This document shows, in pieces, positions 28,726 to 38,331 of a DNA stretch of 64,000 bases. The notes below the pieces were generated by a model. The model was not told the origin of the DNA and did no database searches. It saw only the letters and a list, made by a program, of their open reading frames with translations. Position 1 is the first letter of the stretch, and each line of letters begins with the position of its first letter. This DNA is from an uncultured OCS116 cluster bacterium. Its GTDB lineage: Bacteria; Pseudomonadota; Alphaproteobacteria; Rhizobiales; TMED25. The stretch is taken from NCBI GenBank assembly GCA_902632055.1, contig CACPAS010000002.1, forward strand, positions 2,122 to 66,121. Reading direction: 5' to 3'. Both the position numbers and the translations under genes were made by a program.

Positions 28726-29403
28726 ATGTTAAATCAAGACCATCTTAATGCAATAAAAATTGCGATTGAAAAAGAAATGAAACTTGGGAACAAACAAGTG
28801 GGTTGGAAACTAGGATTTGGATCTCCTGCTGGCCTAAAAGCATTGGGAATAAATAGACCATTGATTGGTGCACTATTTGACTCCGGTGAAATTATCTCAA
28901 ACACCCAAATAGATCTAGAAGCAGTGACAGAGCCAAGAGTCGAGGCTGAATTAGCGGCGCATATTAGCAGAGATATTCCTTCAAATGCGACGTTCGATCA
29001 AATTAAAAATTGTATATCAAGCCTTGTTGCAGGGATTGAATTTGTTGATTTTCATAGTCCGCCTAAAAGCCCAGTTTTTGTCTTATCCGAAAATATATAT
29101 CAGCGTGGCTGGATTGTAGATGTTGATACAAGATCTGGTTGGGGTGATGGCGTAAGTAACTGTCAAATCACGGCAACAATGGGCCATGAAAGATGGGAAC
29201 CATTTGAAAATATTGAAATCCTAATAGGTACCCTAGAGGATAACTTTAATGAATGTAATATTGTTGCAAACCAACTTGGACGAGGGATATTAAAAAATGA
29301 TGTAATCTTATTAGGTTCGATGTTTCCTCCTCATCCTGTAAATATGAGCGATTTTGTGGTATCAATGAATGGATCTGCGATTACACTTAGATTTAAGTCT
29401 TAG
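28726..29403 (+). CDS. 2-keto-4-pentenoate hydratase / 4-oxalocrotonate decarboxylase family protein
   Basis: VGWKLGFGSPAG and the following layout resemble the MhpD/XylJ family. I chose the ATG at 28726, which has a purine-rich SD, over the extended ORF start at 28651. Confidence 0.5.
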   Translation: MLNQDHLNAIKIAIEKEMKLGNKQVGWKLGFGSPAGLKALGINRPLIGALFDSGEIISNTQIDLEAVTEPRVEAELAAHISRDIPSNATFDQIKNCISSLVAGIEFVDFHSPPKSPVFVLSENIYQRGWIVDVDTRSGWGDGVSNCQITATMGHERWEPFENIEILIGTLEDNFNECNIVANQLGRGILKNDVILLGSMFPPHPVNMSDFVVSMNGSAITLRFKS

Positions 29404-29440
29404 AATTGTACAAGCCTATATAAGCTGAGAGGATTGAATT

Positions 29441-29980
29441 ATGCGAATAAAAAAGGGCGATAAATTAGAAGAAATAGTTCTTCCAAAGCATGACGGCACA
29501 CCGTTTAAATTATCAGAAACACAGGGAAAAAAGGTCTTGCTTACCTTCTATCGTATCGCTGGCTGTTCTTTTTGTAATTTGAGAATAAATGAACTACAAA
29601 AAAGATATAGCGAGCTTGGAGATAACTTCACCCATGTTGGGATCTTTCACTCACCAGTTGAGAACTTAGGTAGATATATGAACAAGCATGGTGACCTACC
29701 ATTTACCGTATTGGCAGATGAAGAATTTACGTACTTTAAAAAATATAATATACAAAGATCATTTTTTAAACTACTAGCGGCTACATTGCTAAAGGTCCAT
29801 AAAATATTTCCAGCAATGGTTAAGGGATATATTCCGTTAAGTATCAAGGGTCATTTGGATATTGCTGTTACTGATGTTCTAATCAATGAAGGTGGTGTCG
29901 TTGAGGATGTCTATTATGCAAAAAGTGATGTCGCAGACCACTTCACATTTGATAGAATCCGAGAATTCTCCCTATTGTAA
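29441..29980 (+). CDS. AhpC/TSA (peroxiredoxin-like) thioredoxin-fold protein
   Basis: 179 aa with KKVLLTFYRIAGCSFC, a redox CxxC in a Prx-like context. Confidence 0.6.
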   Translation: MRIKKGDKLEEIVLPKHDGTPFKLSETQGKKVLLTFYRIAGCSFCNLRINELQKRYSELGDNFTHVGIFHSPVENLGRYMNKHGDLPFTVLADEEFTYFKKYNIQRSFFKLLAATLLKVHKIFPAMVKGYIPLSIKGHLDIAVTDVLINEGGVVEDVYYAKSDVADHFTFDRIREFSLL

Positions 29981-30032
29981 AGTACTTACAATTCGATATA
30001 GTTATAAATAAAAAAACAAAAAAGGAAATATT

Positions 30033-30356
30033 ATGTCAATCATAGAAAAATTAGGTCAAGCAATTGATCAAAAAAATGAATCAGTTATGCATGAGTTACT
30101 GCACGATGATTATAAATTTACAATGCATTCCAATGGAGCAGTTTTAACTAAACAGGATGTAATTAGCTGGGCAATGAGTGACGATATAAACCGTGAAAGA
30201 GTCAGAATCATTTATGAAAATGACGAAATTGGTATTGAGCATGCTTTTGTAACTTTTAGTGATGGGAATAAACAAGCTGTAATGGGTGTTTACACATTCA
30301 AAGATGGGCAGGTCATCGGCTTCGAGACTGGTGCAACTAATATTTCAAAAGAATAG
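30033..30356 (+). CDS. small NTF2/SnoaL-like protein (tentative)
   Basis: 107 aa. Size and pattern are compatible with the NTF2-like fold. No strong motif. Confidence 0.35.
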   Translation: MSIIEKLGQAIDQKNESVMHELLHDDYKFTMHSNGAVLTKQDVISWAMSDDINRERVRIIYENDEIGIEHAFVTFSDGNKQAVMGVYTFKDGQVIGFETGATNISKE

Positions 30357-30399
30357 ATTTATTGAAGATTATACCGTTATGTATCTGAGAGATTTTTAA

Positions 30400-30996
30400 A
30401 TGAACACAATTGATTTTTGGTTTTCCATTGGAAGTACTTATACATACTTATCTGTCAGTCGAATTGAAGCAATATCAAAAAGCGAGAATATTACATTTAA
30501 CTGGAAGCCATTCAGTGTAAGAAAAATAATGATGGAAATGGATAATATTCCCTTTACTCCTCCATCAAAAAAGATCAAGTCAGATTATATGTGGCGTGAT
30601 ATTGCAAGAAGGGCTCAATTTTATGGGTTTAGACCAAAAATTCCTGCGCCATATCCATTAACACAATTTGATTTGGCAAATAAGATTGCAATTCTCGGAA
30701 TGAATGAAGGTTGGGGAATTGATTATGTAAAAATTACTTATAAGCGCTGGTTTGAAGAGGGAAAGGAGCCGGCAACAGAGCCCAATCTGAGTGAAATAAT
30801 GCAAGAAATGAAGTTAAATAAAGATGAGGTACTAAGAAAAGTAGAGGACTCGGATATTGAAGCTACTTACCAAAAAAATACTAATACGGCGTTTAAATCA
30901 GGCGTCTTTGGAAGCCCAACATTCATATACGATGGTGAAGTATTTTGGGGTGATGATAGGCTTGAAGATTGTATTAAATGGCTAAAGTTGAGCTAA
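30400..30996 (+). CDS. 2-hydroxychromene-2-carboxylate isomerase / DsbA-like family protein
   Basis: IDFWFSIGSTYTYLS at the N-terminus and GVFGSPTFIYDGEVFWGDDRLE near the C-terminus match the HCCA-isomerase family pattern. Confidence 0.7.
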   Translation: MNTIDFWFSIGSTYTYLSVSRIEAISKSENITFNWKPFSVRKIMMEMDNIPFTPPSKKIKSDYMWRDIARRAQFYGFRPKIPAPYPLTQFDLANKIAILGMNEGWGIDYVKITYKRWFEEGKEPATEPNLSEIMQEMKLNKDEVLRKVEDSDIEATYQKNTNTAFKSGVFGSPTFIYDGEVFWGDDRLEDCIKWLKLS

Positions 30997-31291
30997 AGCC
31001 CCTAGATCCAAGAAATGATTTAAGAATGATACCTAGTCAGTATAACCTCATCTCAGAAATCAGTATTTTCAAAAAAAAATAAAAATTTTTTTTAGAGTGA
31101 AACAATATTGTGCAAAATTTTTGCTGGTGGTAATATTGAGATGTGTGGGTAGTGATTATAGGGATGTGTTTGGTGAAAACAACAAAACCGCTACCCACTA
31201 GTGATAATACGAAACTGGATCATCCTTAGATTGCTAATAATATAAAAATACCTACATTGCTATGGCAAAGACCTGCTGATATAATTAACTT

Positions 31292-31516
31292 ATGGGAACC
31301 ATTTTATTAATTACCGGTGTTGTATCTGTGCTTTCAATGAGTGCAATACTTCTTATTTGGATTTTCGGCCTTATTCTATCATTTTTCAAGATTAAAATAT
31401 TTGATAGCTCGAATACTCATAAAATTATGGCTGTACTAATTAAAACATTACAACTTGGCATGGTTGGTTTTGCACTGAGCACGCTAATAATTTTCATACT
31501 ATCACAAGGGCTCTAA
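31292..31516 (+). CDS. small membrane protein (2 predicted TM)
   Basis: 74-aa hydrophobic ORF. Its stop abuts the next ATG. Confidence 0.45.
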   Translation: MGTILLITGVVSVLSMSAILLIWIFGLILSFFKIKIFDSSNTHKIMAVLIKTLQLGMVGFALSTLIIFILSQGL

Positions 31517-31795
31517 ATGACAGGGTTCTACAACAAATATATGAATACGAGAAATCAATACATCATAATGGGTGTATTGGTCATCGCAATGTTACTCTGC
31601 TCCCTATACATCTGGGACCATGACAGAAAACTACCCAAGGAAGAAGAGTATGTATACGAACCTTTTAAATCAGAAGATGTTGATTTTTGGATAAAAGGAG
31701 GAGGTAATATTTTGGGCCCACCAGAAGACCCAATAGATTATTACTACTATTTGGAGCTATACAATGCTGAACATGGACCAGACAATAAATACTAA
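31517..31795 (+). CDS. small membrane-anchored protein (1 TM, acidic tail)
   Basis: 92 aa with an N-terminal TM, followed by an E/D/Y-rich soluble part. Confidence 0.45.
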   Translation: MTGFYNKYMNTRNQYIIMGVLVIAMLLCSLYIWDHDRKLPKEEEYVYEPFKSEDVDFWIKGGGNILGPPEDPIDYYYYLELYNAEHGPDNKY

Positions 31796-31955
31796 TTCTA
31801 CTCTTCGAACTAGTATATTGTTTTATAAGCAGCACACAGATCCCTCATGAAATTATATTAATTCATGAATAATATTGAACACGTTATAGATAAGTATTGG
31901 TCTTTATCTTATCTAACTTCGTTACTAATTAAATAATAAAGTAAAAAAATTTCTA

Positions 31956-32369
31956 ATGAAAAAAATTATATACATACCCCTTATATTATTCTTATTAGCA
32001 ACAGTTCCATATGCGGCTGAGAATGAAGTTGCGCTTAAAATAGAAAAAGTCATCACGTCACAATTCAATGCGTTTCAAGAAGAAAATCTATCACTTGCAT
32101 ACAGCTTTGCTGCACCTGAGATCAAAAGGCGCTACCCATCGGCGGAACTTTTTGGTCAAATGGTCAAAAATGGGTATTCCGACATCTGGGATTCTAAGTC
32201 GCATACATTTGAAGATTTGAAGCTGAAGGGTGACATAGCATATCAAATAGTCACCGTCTTTTCTGATGATAATATAATAAATAATTATATATACACCCTT
32301 TACAACTACTATGGTGAATGGGTAATCGCAGGGGTTATGCGCTACAGACCAGATAATCTTGATGCATAA
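31956..32369 (+). CDS. DUF4864-like secreted protein
   Basis: 137 aa with a signal peptide (LILFLLATVPYA). QFNAFQEENLSLAYSFAAPEI...GEWVIAGV follows the DUF4864 pattern. Confidence 0.6.
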   Translation: MKKIIYIPLILFLLATVPYAAENEVALKIEKVITSQFNAFQEENLSLAYSFAAPEIKRRYPSAELFGQMVKNGYSDIWDSKSHTFEDLKLKGDIAYQIVTVFSDDNIINNYIYTLYNYYGEWVIAGVMRYRPDNLDA

Positions 32370-32469
32370 CTTGCAATAACTCATATAAATATTGGGTAAT
32401 GTTTTAGATATGCACACACAAAATCAAAGTAAGATTGCAGAGCGCCGTCCAAGTTGATAAACTTATCAA

Positions 32470-32688
32470 ATGGGTATTGGTATGTTAATTGTGGTTGGCG
32501 GATTCGTAACTGCCTATTTCTATTTAAGATTATTGATGAAGCCTGTTTGGAAATGGTTGGAGTTAAACATTGCCGACAAAGTTAGTAATGGTAGCTTAAA
32601 AATCCTAGTTAGATACTTGCTCATGCTTTCTCTTGTTTCCATTCATTTTTTTGTAATTTTTTATATATTTGAATTAAGACAAATATAA
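32470..32688 (+). CDS. small membrane protein (2 predicted TM)
   Basis: 72-aa hydrophobic ORF with the same architecture as 31292-31516. Confidence 0.4.
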   Translation: MGIGMLIVVGGFVTAYFYLRLLMKPVWKWLELNIADKVSNGSLKILVRYLLMLSLVSIHFFVIFYIFELRQI

Positions 32689-32710
32689 ATGAAATGATAA
32701 AAGGCAACTA

Positions 32711-32953
32711 TTGATGAACATGAACCTACTGCTTTTGATAACTTTCTTAATTGCAATAATACTAGCTATTTTGTATTACAACCTTCTGAAAGAGCACAGG
32801 AGACTTAAGAAGTTTGCAGGTGTATTCACCATGCGTGATTGGCACAAAAAGAATGGGACAGAGGATGAATACAATAAGCTCTTTGAGATGGGAATAAAAG
32901 AGGTTAATGAGAAAATAGAAGAAGCTGAAAATAATGATAAAAAGAAAATTTAA
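32711..32953 (+). CDS. small membrane-anchored protein (1 TM, Lys/Glu-rich tail)
   Basis: 80 aa (ATG at 32714). Same architecture as 31517-31795. Confidence 0.4.
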   Translation: MMNMNLLLLITFLIAIILAILYYNLLKEHRRLKKFAGVFTMRDWHKKNGTEDEYNKLFEMGIKEVNEKIEEAENNDKKKI

Positions 32954-33000
32954 TTAAGCCTACCCCCCCAAATTAAAAATAAAACTATCAGAAATAATAA

Positions 33001-34812
33001 ATGGAACTTAGGAATATAGCAATAATAGCCCATGTCGATCATGGTAAAACTACTTTAATTGATAAATTATTATCACAATCCGGCGCATTTAGAGTAAATC
33101 AGAAAGTCACTGAAAGGATTATGGATTCCAATGATCTGGAAAAAGAGAGGGGTATAACAATATTAGCAAAATGCACTTCTGTTGTTTGGGGTGGAATAAG
33201 AATAAATATTATTGATACCCCGGGTCATGCAGACTTTGGTGGTGAAGTTGAAAGAATCCTGAGCATGGTTGATAGCGCAATCCTCCTTGTAGATGCTGCT
33301 GAAGGTCCAATGCCTCAAACAAAATTTGTATTATCAAAAGCTTTACAAATTGGTCTTCGACCAATGGTCATAATTAATAAGACTGATAAAAATGACTCTA
33401 GACCAGAGGAGGTGGTTAATGAGATTTTTGATCTATTTGCTGTTCTGAATGCTGACGAATATCAGCTTGATTTTCCAATATTATATGGTTCAGGGAGAAA
33501 TGGCTGGGTCACTCATGACCTAAACCATGCAAATGACAATCTAAACCCGCTTTTTGAATTAATAATAAATCACACACCCCCTCCCAAAGTTGGGACCGGC
33601 AATTTTAAAATGCTTGGAACGATCCTCGGGAATGACCCGTATCTTGGTAGATTGATTACCGGAAAGATTTTTTCTGGGGAAGTTGTAACAAATCAACAAA
33701 TAAAGGTATTAGATCAAGATGGGAATGTTATTGAAAATGGGAGAGTTACAAAGATACTCGCATTTAGAGGAACAGAAAGAGCTTCCGTTGAGAGTGGTAG
33801 TGCGGGTGATATTATCTCAATTGCGGGTCTTACAAAAGGGACGGTTGCCGATACATTCTGTAGTCCTGAAAATAACGAAATATTAAATGCGCAACCAATT
33901 GATCCTCCAACAGTCCAAATGGCATTTAGCGTGAATGATAGTCCTCTTGCTGGCTCCGAAGGAAATAAGGTGACGGGAAGGATGATTGGTGATCGTTTAA
34001 TAAAAGAGGGAGAGGGCAACATTACACTTAATATTGAGAAGTCGTCAAACGACGGCAGTTTTTTAGTTTCTGGAAGGGGTGAATTACAATTATCAGTACT
34101 AATTGAGACGATGCGACGAGAAGGTTATGAATTAAGCGTTTCTAAGCCTCAAGTTCTAATGAAGAATGACGAGATGGGTAAGTTACTTGAACCTATTGAA
34201 GAGGTAATTATTGATGTAGATGATGATTATGCCGGTCAAGTCGTTCAGGACCTAAATAAAAGAAAAGGTATCATGTTAGAAATGAAACCATTTGGCGCAG
34301 GTAGATCAAGACTAATTTTTGAAGCACCAACAAGAGGCTTGATTGGGTATCAATCGGAATTATTAACAGTTACAAGCGGAACCGCAGTGATTAATCGCCT
34401 GTTCTCAAGGTATGAAAGTTTTAAAGGTGAAATAAAAGGTAGGACGAATGGTGTACTAATTTCGAATGGCGATGGCATTTCAGTTGCATTTGCTTTGTTT
34501 AATCTTGAAGAGAGGGGGCAAATGATAATTAGTTCGGGTATACCTGTCTATCAAGGTATGATAATCGGCGTGCATTCAAGGCCTAATGATCTTGAAGTAA
34601 ATATTTTAAAAGGGAAAAAGTTAACAAACATCAGAACGCATTCCAAAGACGAAGCTGTAAAACTTACACCACCAATTGCTATGAACTTGGAAAAAGCAAT
34701 CGCATGGATTTCTGATGATGAGCTCATTGAAGTAACTCCCAAATCAATAAGGATACGAAAGAAGTTTCTCGATCCTAATATACGAAAAAAAATGGAAAAA
34801 AAAGTTAATTAG
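33001..34812 (+). CDS. typA: translational GTPase TypA/BipA
   Basis: 603 aa with RNIAIIAHVDHGKTTL, DTPGHADFGGEVER, NKTD and EF-G-like domains. Confidence 0.95.
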   Translation: MELRNIAIIAHVDHGKTTLIDKLLSQSGAFRVNQKVTERIMDSNDLEKERGITILAKCTSVVWGGIRINIIDTPGHADFGGEVERILSMVDSAILLVDAAEGPMPQTKFVLSKALQIGLRPMVIINKTDKNDSRPEEVVNEIFDLFAVLNADEYQLDFPILYGSGRNGWVTHDLNHANDNLNPLFELIINHTPPPKVGTGNFKMLGTILGNDPYLGRLITGKIFSGEVVTNQQIKVLDQDGNVIENGRVTKILAFRGTERASVESGSAGDIISIAGLTKGTVADTFCSPENNEILNAQPIDPPTVQMAFSVNDSPLAGSEGNKVTGRMIGDRLIKEGEGNITLNIEKSSNDGSFLVSGRGELQLSVLIETMRREGYELSVSKPQVLMKNDEMGKLLEPIEEVIIDVDDDYAGQVVQDLNKRKGIMLEMKPFGAGRSRLIFEAPTRGLIGYQSELLTVTSGTAVINRLFSRYESFKGEIKGRTNGVLISNGDGISVAFALFNLEERGQMIISSGIPVYQGMIIGVHSRPNDLEVNILKGKKLTNIRTHSKDEAVKLTPPIAMNLEKAIAWISDDELIEVTPKSIRIRKKFLDPNIRKKMEKKVN

Positions 34813-34921
34813 AAGCCTGTAAATTGTAATTACTTGTTCGGTAGAGTTGTATCCGATGACCCCTACTTATGAGTTATTGGAAAAAATCTGACCATTTTCA
34901 GTCCGAGAATTTAAGTTAAGA

Positions 34922-35308
34922 CTATTTATTGGATTTGCAAGATTGATAGTCTACTCTCGATATCTTCTTGAGCTCGATCTTGTTCCCATTGGAAGCCCTT
35001 GTTATCGACAATAAGCTTGCATCTGGATCATTACTTTTATTAATAAGTATTTCTAATATACATTCTTGAAATTCAATATTTCTTAAAGAGTGTTTCAGTA
35101 TCCTAATCTCCCTATCTCTCTTATTTTTTTTTGAACGACTTTGGCCTCCCATGCCATGATATGAAATATTGGATAATTCTAAATTTTTTTCATTGTCAAA
35201 AAAATTTAGTGGGGTAGTGGTGGTATCCGCATTTGCGACACAGGATATTAAAATGAGCAGGACAGCGCTTTTTGACATATAAGAAATTGATTTATAGACT
35301 CTAGTCAT
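34922..35308 (-). CDS. hypothetical secreted protein
   Basis: 128-aa ORF. A probable start at 35278 would give the signal peptide MSKSAVLLILISCVANA. Confidence 0.4.
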   Translation of the reverse strand: MTRVYKSISYMSKSAVLLILISCVANADTTTTPLNFFDNEKNLELSNISYHGMGGQSRSKKNKRDREIRILKHSLRNIEFQECILEILINKSNDPDASLLSITRASNGNKIELKKISRVDYQSCKSNK

Positions 35309-35400
35309 TAAATTTTTGATTATTTATTTTGTATTTGAATGTTATATATGTAAATAAATGTATATTTCAATGGCATAAGTTGGTGTAACTACAGATACAT

Positions 35401-35477
35401 TGGTGAGGACGACAGGATTTGAACCTGTGACCCCCAGATTAGGAATCTGGTGCTCTATCCTACTGAGCTACGCCCCC
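35401..35477 (-). tRNA. tRNA-Arg (anticodon CCT)
   Basis: The reverse complement folds as GGGGGCG-TA-GCTC..GAGC-A-CCAGA-TTCCTAA-TCTGG-GGGTC-ACAGG-TTCAAAT-CCTGT-CGTCCTC-A-CCA. Confidence 0.9.
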
Positions 35478-35609
35478 ACTTTATTGATAATAACGAATGT
35501 TTATTTTTCGGTCTATAGGCTTTTCCGAGCACATTCAAAAATAAAATCTATTATATTCAATTGATAATAGTATAATTAATTAGAGTTATAAATCTAACTA
35601 TAAAGTGTA

Positions 35610-36734
35610 ATGAAATTTCTAAAATTAGATAGAGCTGTGATGAGTAATTTCAGCAGCACAGAAAAAAATAGAGTAATTACCGTCAAGACGAATGTACCGT
35701 CCATCATAATAAGTCTATTTAAAAATAAAGCGCCTAATATACTATCCGCAGTAATTTTTGGGATCAATGATAGTACGTGTTCAGAGTTGATTGAAGGTAA
35801 TGTATATCGAAAACAAATTGATTACCCAAAAATATTTAAATTACGGTTTATAAATAAACCATATATTGCATATAAGACGCTGCAGGCTTCATTACTGCAA
35901 AGACTATTAAAAATTTTAGTAAATTCATATAAAGAAGATGAACTAACTTTTCTTATTTTTAATGGATCTATATCACCTGACAATGTTTTCGACAGTATAA
36001 AAACAAGTCACAGACGTGTTTATATCGAGAATGGTTTTTTTCCAAATACGCTACAAATTGACCCCCATGGGATTAATGCCGCAAATTCATTACCAAGAAA
36101 AGCCGAGTATTACTTAAATCTGCCGAACTACGAACTAAAAGACTTGCCGACACAAGTCCAAGTGAGAAAACAAAAAGTAGATTATCCAGTAATTGAGTTA
36201 CCAAATGATTACATTTTTTTACCATTTCAAATCCCATCAGATCAACAGATTAGAGTTCATTCGACATGGATAAAAACGATGGATGATTTTATGGACCTGA
36301 TAATTGAATTTGCAGCTAAATATTCAGATAAAAATTTTGTGATAAAGGAGCACCCAAGTTTCAAGCAATCTATAATCGGAAAAAAACCCCTCAAAAAAAA
36401 TATACTTTTTGCTAATGGTAATAGTACAGAGGAGTTAATAAAAAATGCACGTTTTATTATAACTCTGAATTCAACAGTTGGCATCGAAGCCTTATTATTT
36501 CGTAAGCCGGTGATAACTCTAGCCGATGCATGCTATAATATAGATGGTCTCGTAAGGCATGCCAGTAATTCAGAAGAGCTTAATCAAATTATTCTGGATA
36601 CAGACTGGTTTCCCGATGAGAGGCTACGAATTCAATTTTTAGGCTATATTTGGAATGAGTATCTTTTTCATGGTTATTTTAATAATTTGCCATCTGATAC
36701 TTTATTAAAGATTGAGAATATTTTAAATTTATAG
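35610..36734 (+). CDS. capsule polysaccharide biosynthesis protein (KpsS/KpsC, Capsule_synth family)-like
   Basis: 374 aa. YIENGFFPNTLQIDPHGINAANSL, LPFQIPSDQQI and IKEHPS resemble the beta-Kdo-transferase family pattern. Confidence 0.5.
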   Translation: MKFLKLDRAVMSNFSSTEKNRVITVKTNVPSIIISLFKNKAPNILSAVIFGINDSTCSELIEGNVYRKQIDYPKIFKLRFINKPYIAYKTLQASLLQRLLKILVNSYKEDELTFLIFNGSISPDNVFDSIKTSHRRVYIENGFFPNTLQIDPHGINAANSLPRKAEYYLNLPNYELKDLPTQVQVRKQKVDYPVIELPNDYIFLPFQIPSDQQIRVHSTWIKTMDDFMDLIIEFAAKYSDKNFVIKEHPSFKQSIIGKKPLKKNILFANGNSTEELIKNARFIITLNSTVGIEALLFRKPVITLADACYNIDGLVRHASNSEELNQIILDTDWFPDERLRIQFLGYIWNEYLFHGYFNNLPSDTLLKIENILNL

Positions 36735-36780
36735 GGATACATAATATATAATTGGATTTTGTCCAATATGGGGCGCATCA

Positions 36781-37332
36781 ATGAATAATAAAAGTACTTG
36801 TGTTTTTGCAGTGAGTAAAAAGAAATCACACGAATTTTCGAAAGAGTCCCAAGAGGCTATTAATTTAATCACTATGCACGGTGTTGAAGGGGATGCTCAT
36901 GCGGGAAAATATGTTAAACACAGATCGCGCGTAAAAAAAGATCCGAGTCAGCTTAACATGAGGCAAGTTCACTTATTTGCTTATGAGATTTTAGAAGAAT
37001 TTCAAGGGTTAGGGCATTACATAAAGCCAGGTGAGTTAGGCGAGAATATAACAACAATCGGAATTGATCTGGCAAATCTTCCAAAGGGTACAATTTTGAA
37101 TATTGGAAGAGATGCAAAAGTCGAAATAACTGGGCTCAGAAAGCCATGTAAACAAATAGATGATTTTCAGGATGGGTTATTAAAGAGGGTAATTTCAAAA
37201 AATAGGTCAGGTAAAATAGATATAAAGTCAGGAGTGATGTCAATAGTAAATGAAGGTGGCGCTGTTAGACCGGGAGATGAAATAGAAATTATTTATCCAA
37301 GCCAACCTCACATAGAATTAACATTTGTATAG
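36781..37332 (+). CDS. MOSC domain protein
   Basis: 183 aa with GVEGDAHAG, PGELGENITT and a conserved Cys in ITGLRKPCKQID. Confidence 0.75.
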   Translation: MNNKSTCVFAVSKKKSHEFSKESQEAINLITMHGVEGDAHAGKYVKHRSRVKKDPSQLNMRQVHLFAYEILEEFQGLGHYIKPGELGENITTIGIDLANLPKGTILNIGRDAKVEITGLRKPCKQIDDFQDGLLKRVISKNRSGKIDIKSGVMSIVNEGGAVRPGDEIEIIYPSQPHIELTFV

Positions 37333-37349
37333 ATATCAGGTTTAATAGA

Positions 37350-38297
37350 CTATTCTCTCCAGAGACGCGACTCAGCAGGAAATAAATCATCAATTGAAGG
37401 TCTAACTTTTATCAGCTTTTGCTCGTATAAGTAATTAATTAGTTTATCAATATTCTTCATATTGGGCTCCGTAAGTCCATATGGATAGGGATCATTATCA
37501 AATAGTTCGATGATATCAGTCCATTGTTTATCTGCCCAGGGGAGAAACGTTGATCCCAATTTTCTCTTTAAAGCTTTTGCCTTGCTCTTGCTGTATGCCT
37601 TGAATAAGCTATATCCAAGACTTGGGTTTTTTATGAGTGTATCACGATGTATCATCAGGCAATGATTAATGGGATAAATACCACATCTTTCAAAATATTT
37701 TCTTTCAATCTCCGCATAGTTATCAAAAAGTGGTTTCAAACTTCTATCTTTCGGTGATTTCTGTATATCCAATGGTCGGGGAGCAACATAAGCGTCAAGT
37801 TCTCCCTTTATGACTAATTCCTCAGGATCATTGTCAATCAACTTAACGTTTGCTTGTATTGGAGGTGCAAATCTCTGTTTCTTATTTGCATACCAATCAA
37901 TTGAGCTCCAATGCAGATCATACTCTTCTAGTAAAATACCCCTGAGCCAGACGGCAGCCGTCTGTGAATATTCCTTTATGCCAACCTTGCAATTCTTTAA
38001 GTCATTTACGGTATTTAATTCACTATCTTTTCGAACCCATATTATACCGTGGCGAAAACCTCGATTCACAAAAATGGGTATTGCGGTCATCATACAAATA
38101 TCCCGGTCACGCATCATGCAATAGTTTGAAAATGAAAATTCAGATACTTGAAAATTTTCCTGATTTAATATTTTTTTGTAAATACCTGGAAGGTCTGATG
38201 GGGTATAATTTAAATCATAGACATCCATTGGACCTGAAATATTAAGGGTAAATTCGTAATCGCCTCCCATAATATTAATTTTTTTAAGATTAGTCAT
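37350..38297 (-). CDS. 4,5-dihydroxyphthalate decarboxylase (PhtD)-like / NMT1-type periplasmic-binding-fold protein
   Basis: 315 aa. The N-terminal GGDYE... and FQVSEFSFSNY segments resemble the PhtD family. No signal peptide. Confidence 0.4.
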   Translation of the reverse strand: MTNLKKINIMGGDYEFTLNISGPMDVYDLNYTPSDLPGIYKKILNQENFQVSEFSFSNYCMMRDRDICMMTAIPIFVNRGFRHGIIWVRKDSELNTVNDLKNCKVGIKEYSQTAAVWLRGILLEEYDLHWSSIDWYANKKQRFAPPIQANVKLIDNDPEELVIKGELDAYVAPRPLDIQKSPKDRSLKPLFDNYAEIERKYFERCGIYPINHCLMIHRDTLIKNPSLGYSLFKAYSKSKAKALKRKLGSTFLPWADKQWTDIIELFDNDPYPYGLTEPNMKNIDKLINYLYEQKLIKVRPSIDDLFPAESRLWRE

Positions 38298-38331
38298 AGG
38301 TGATTTAGATTAGTATAGCTAAATTGAATAA

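Noticed and set aside
31071-31093. An A9-T-A5-T8 tract after the HCCA-isomerase-like gene, considered as a possible intrinsic terminator.
   Set aside because: The stem would be purely A:T with no GC clamp. It is more likely a low-complexity AT tract. It may still affect DNA curvature.
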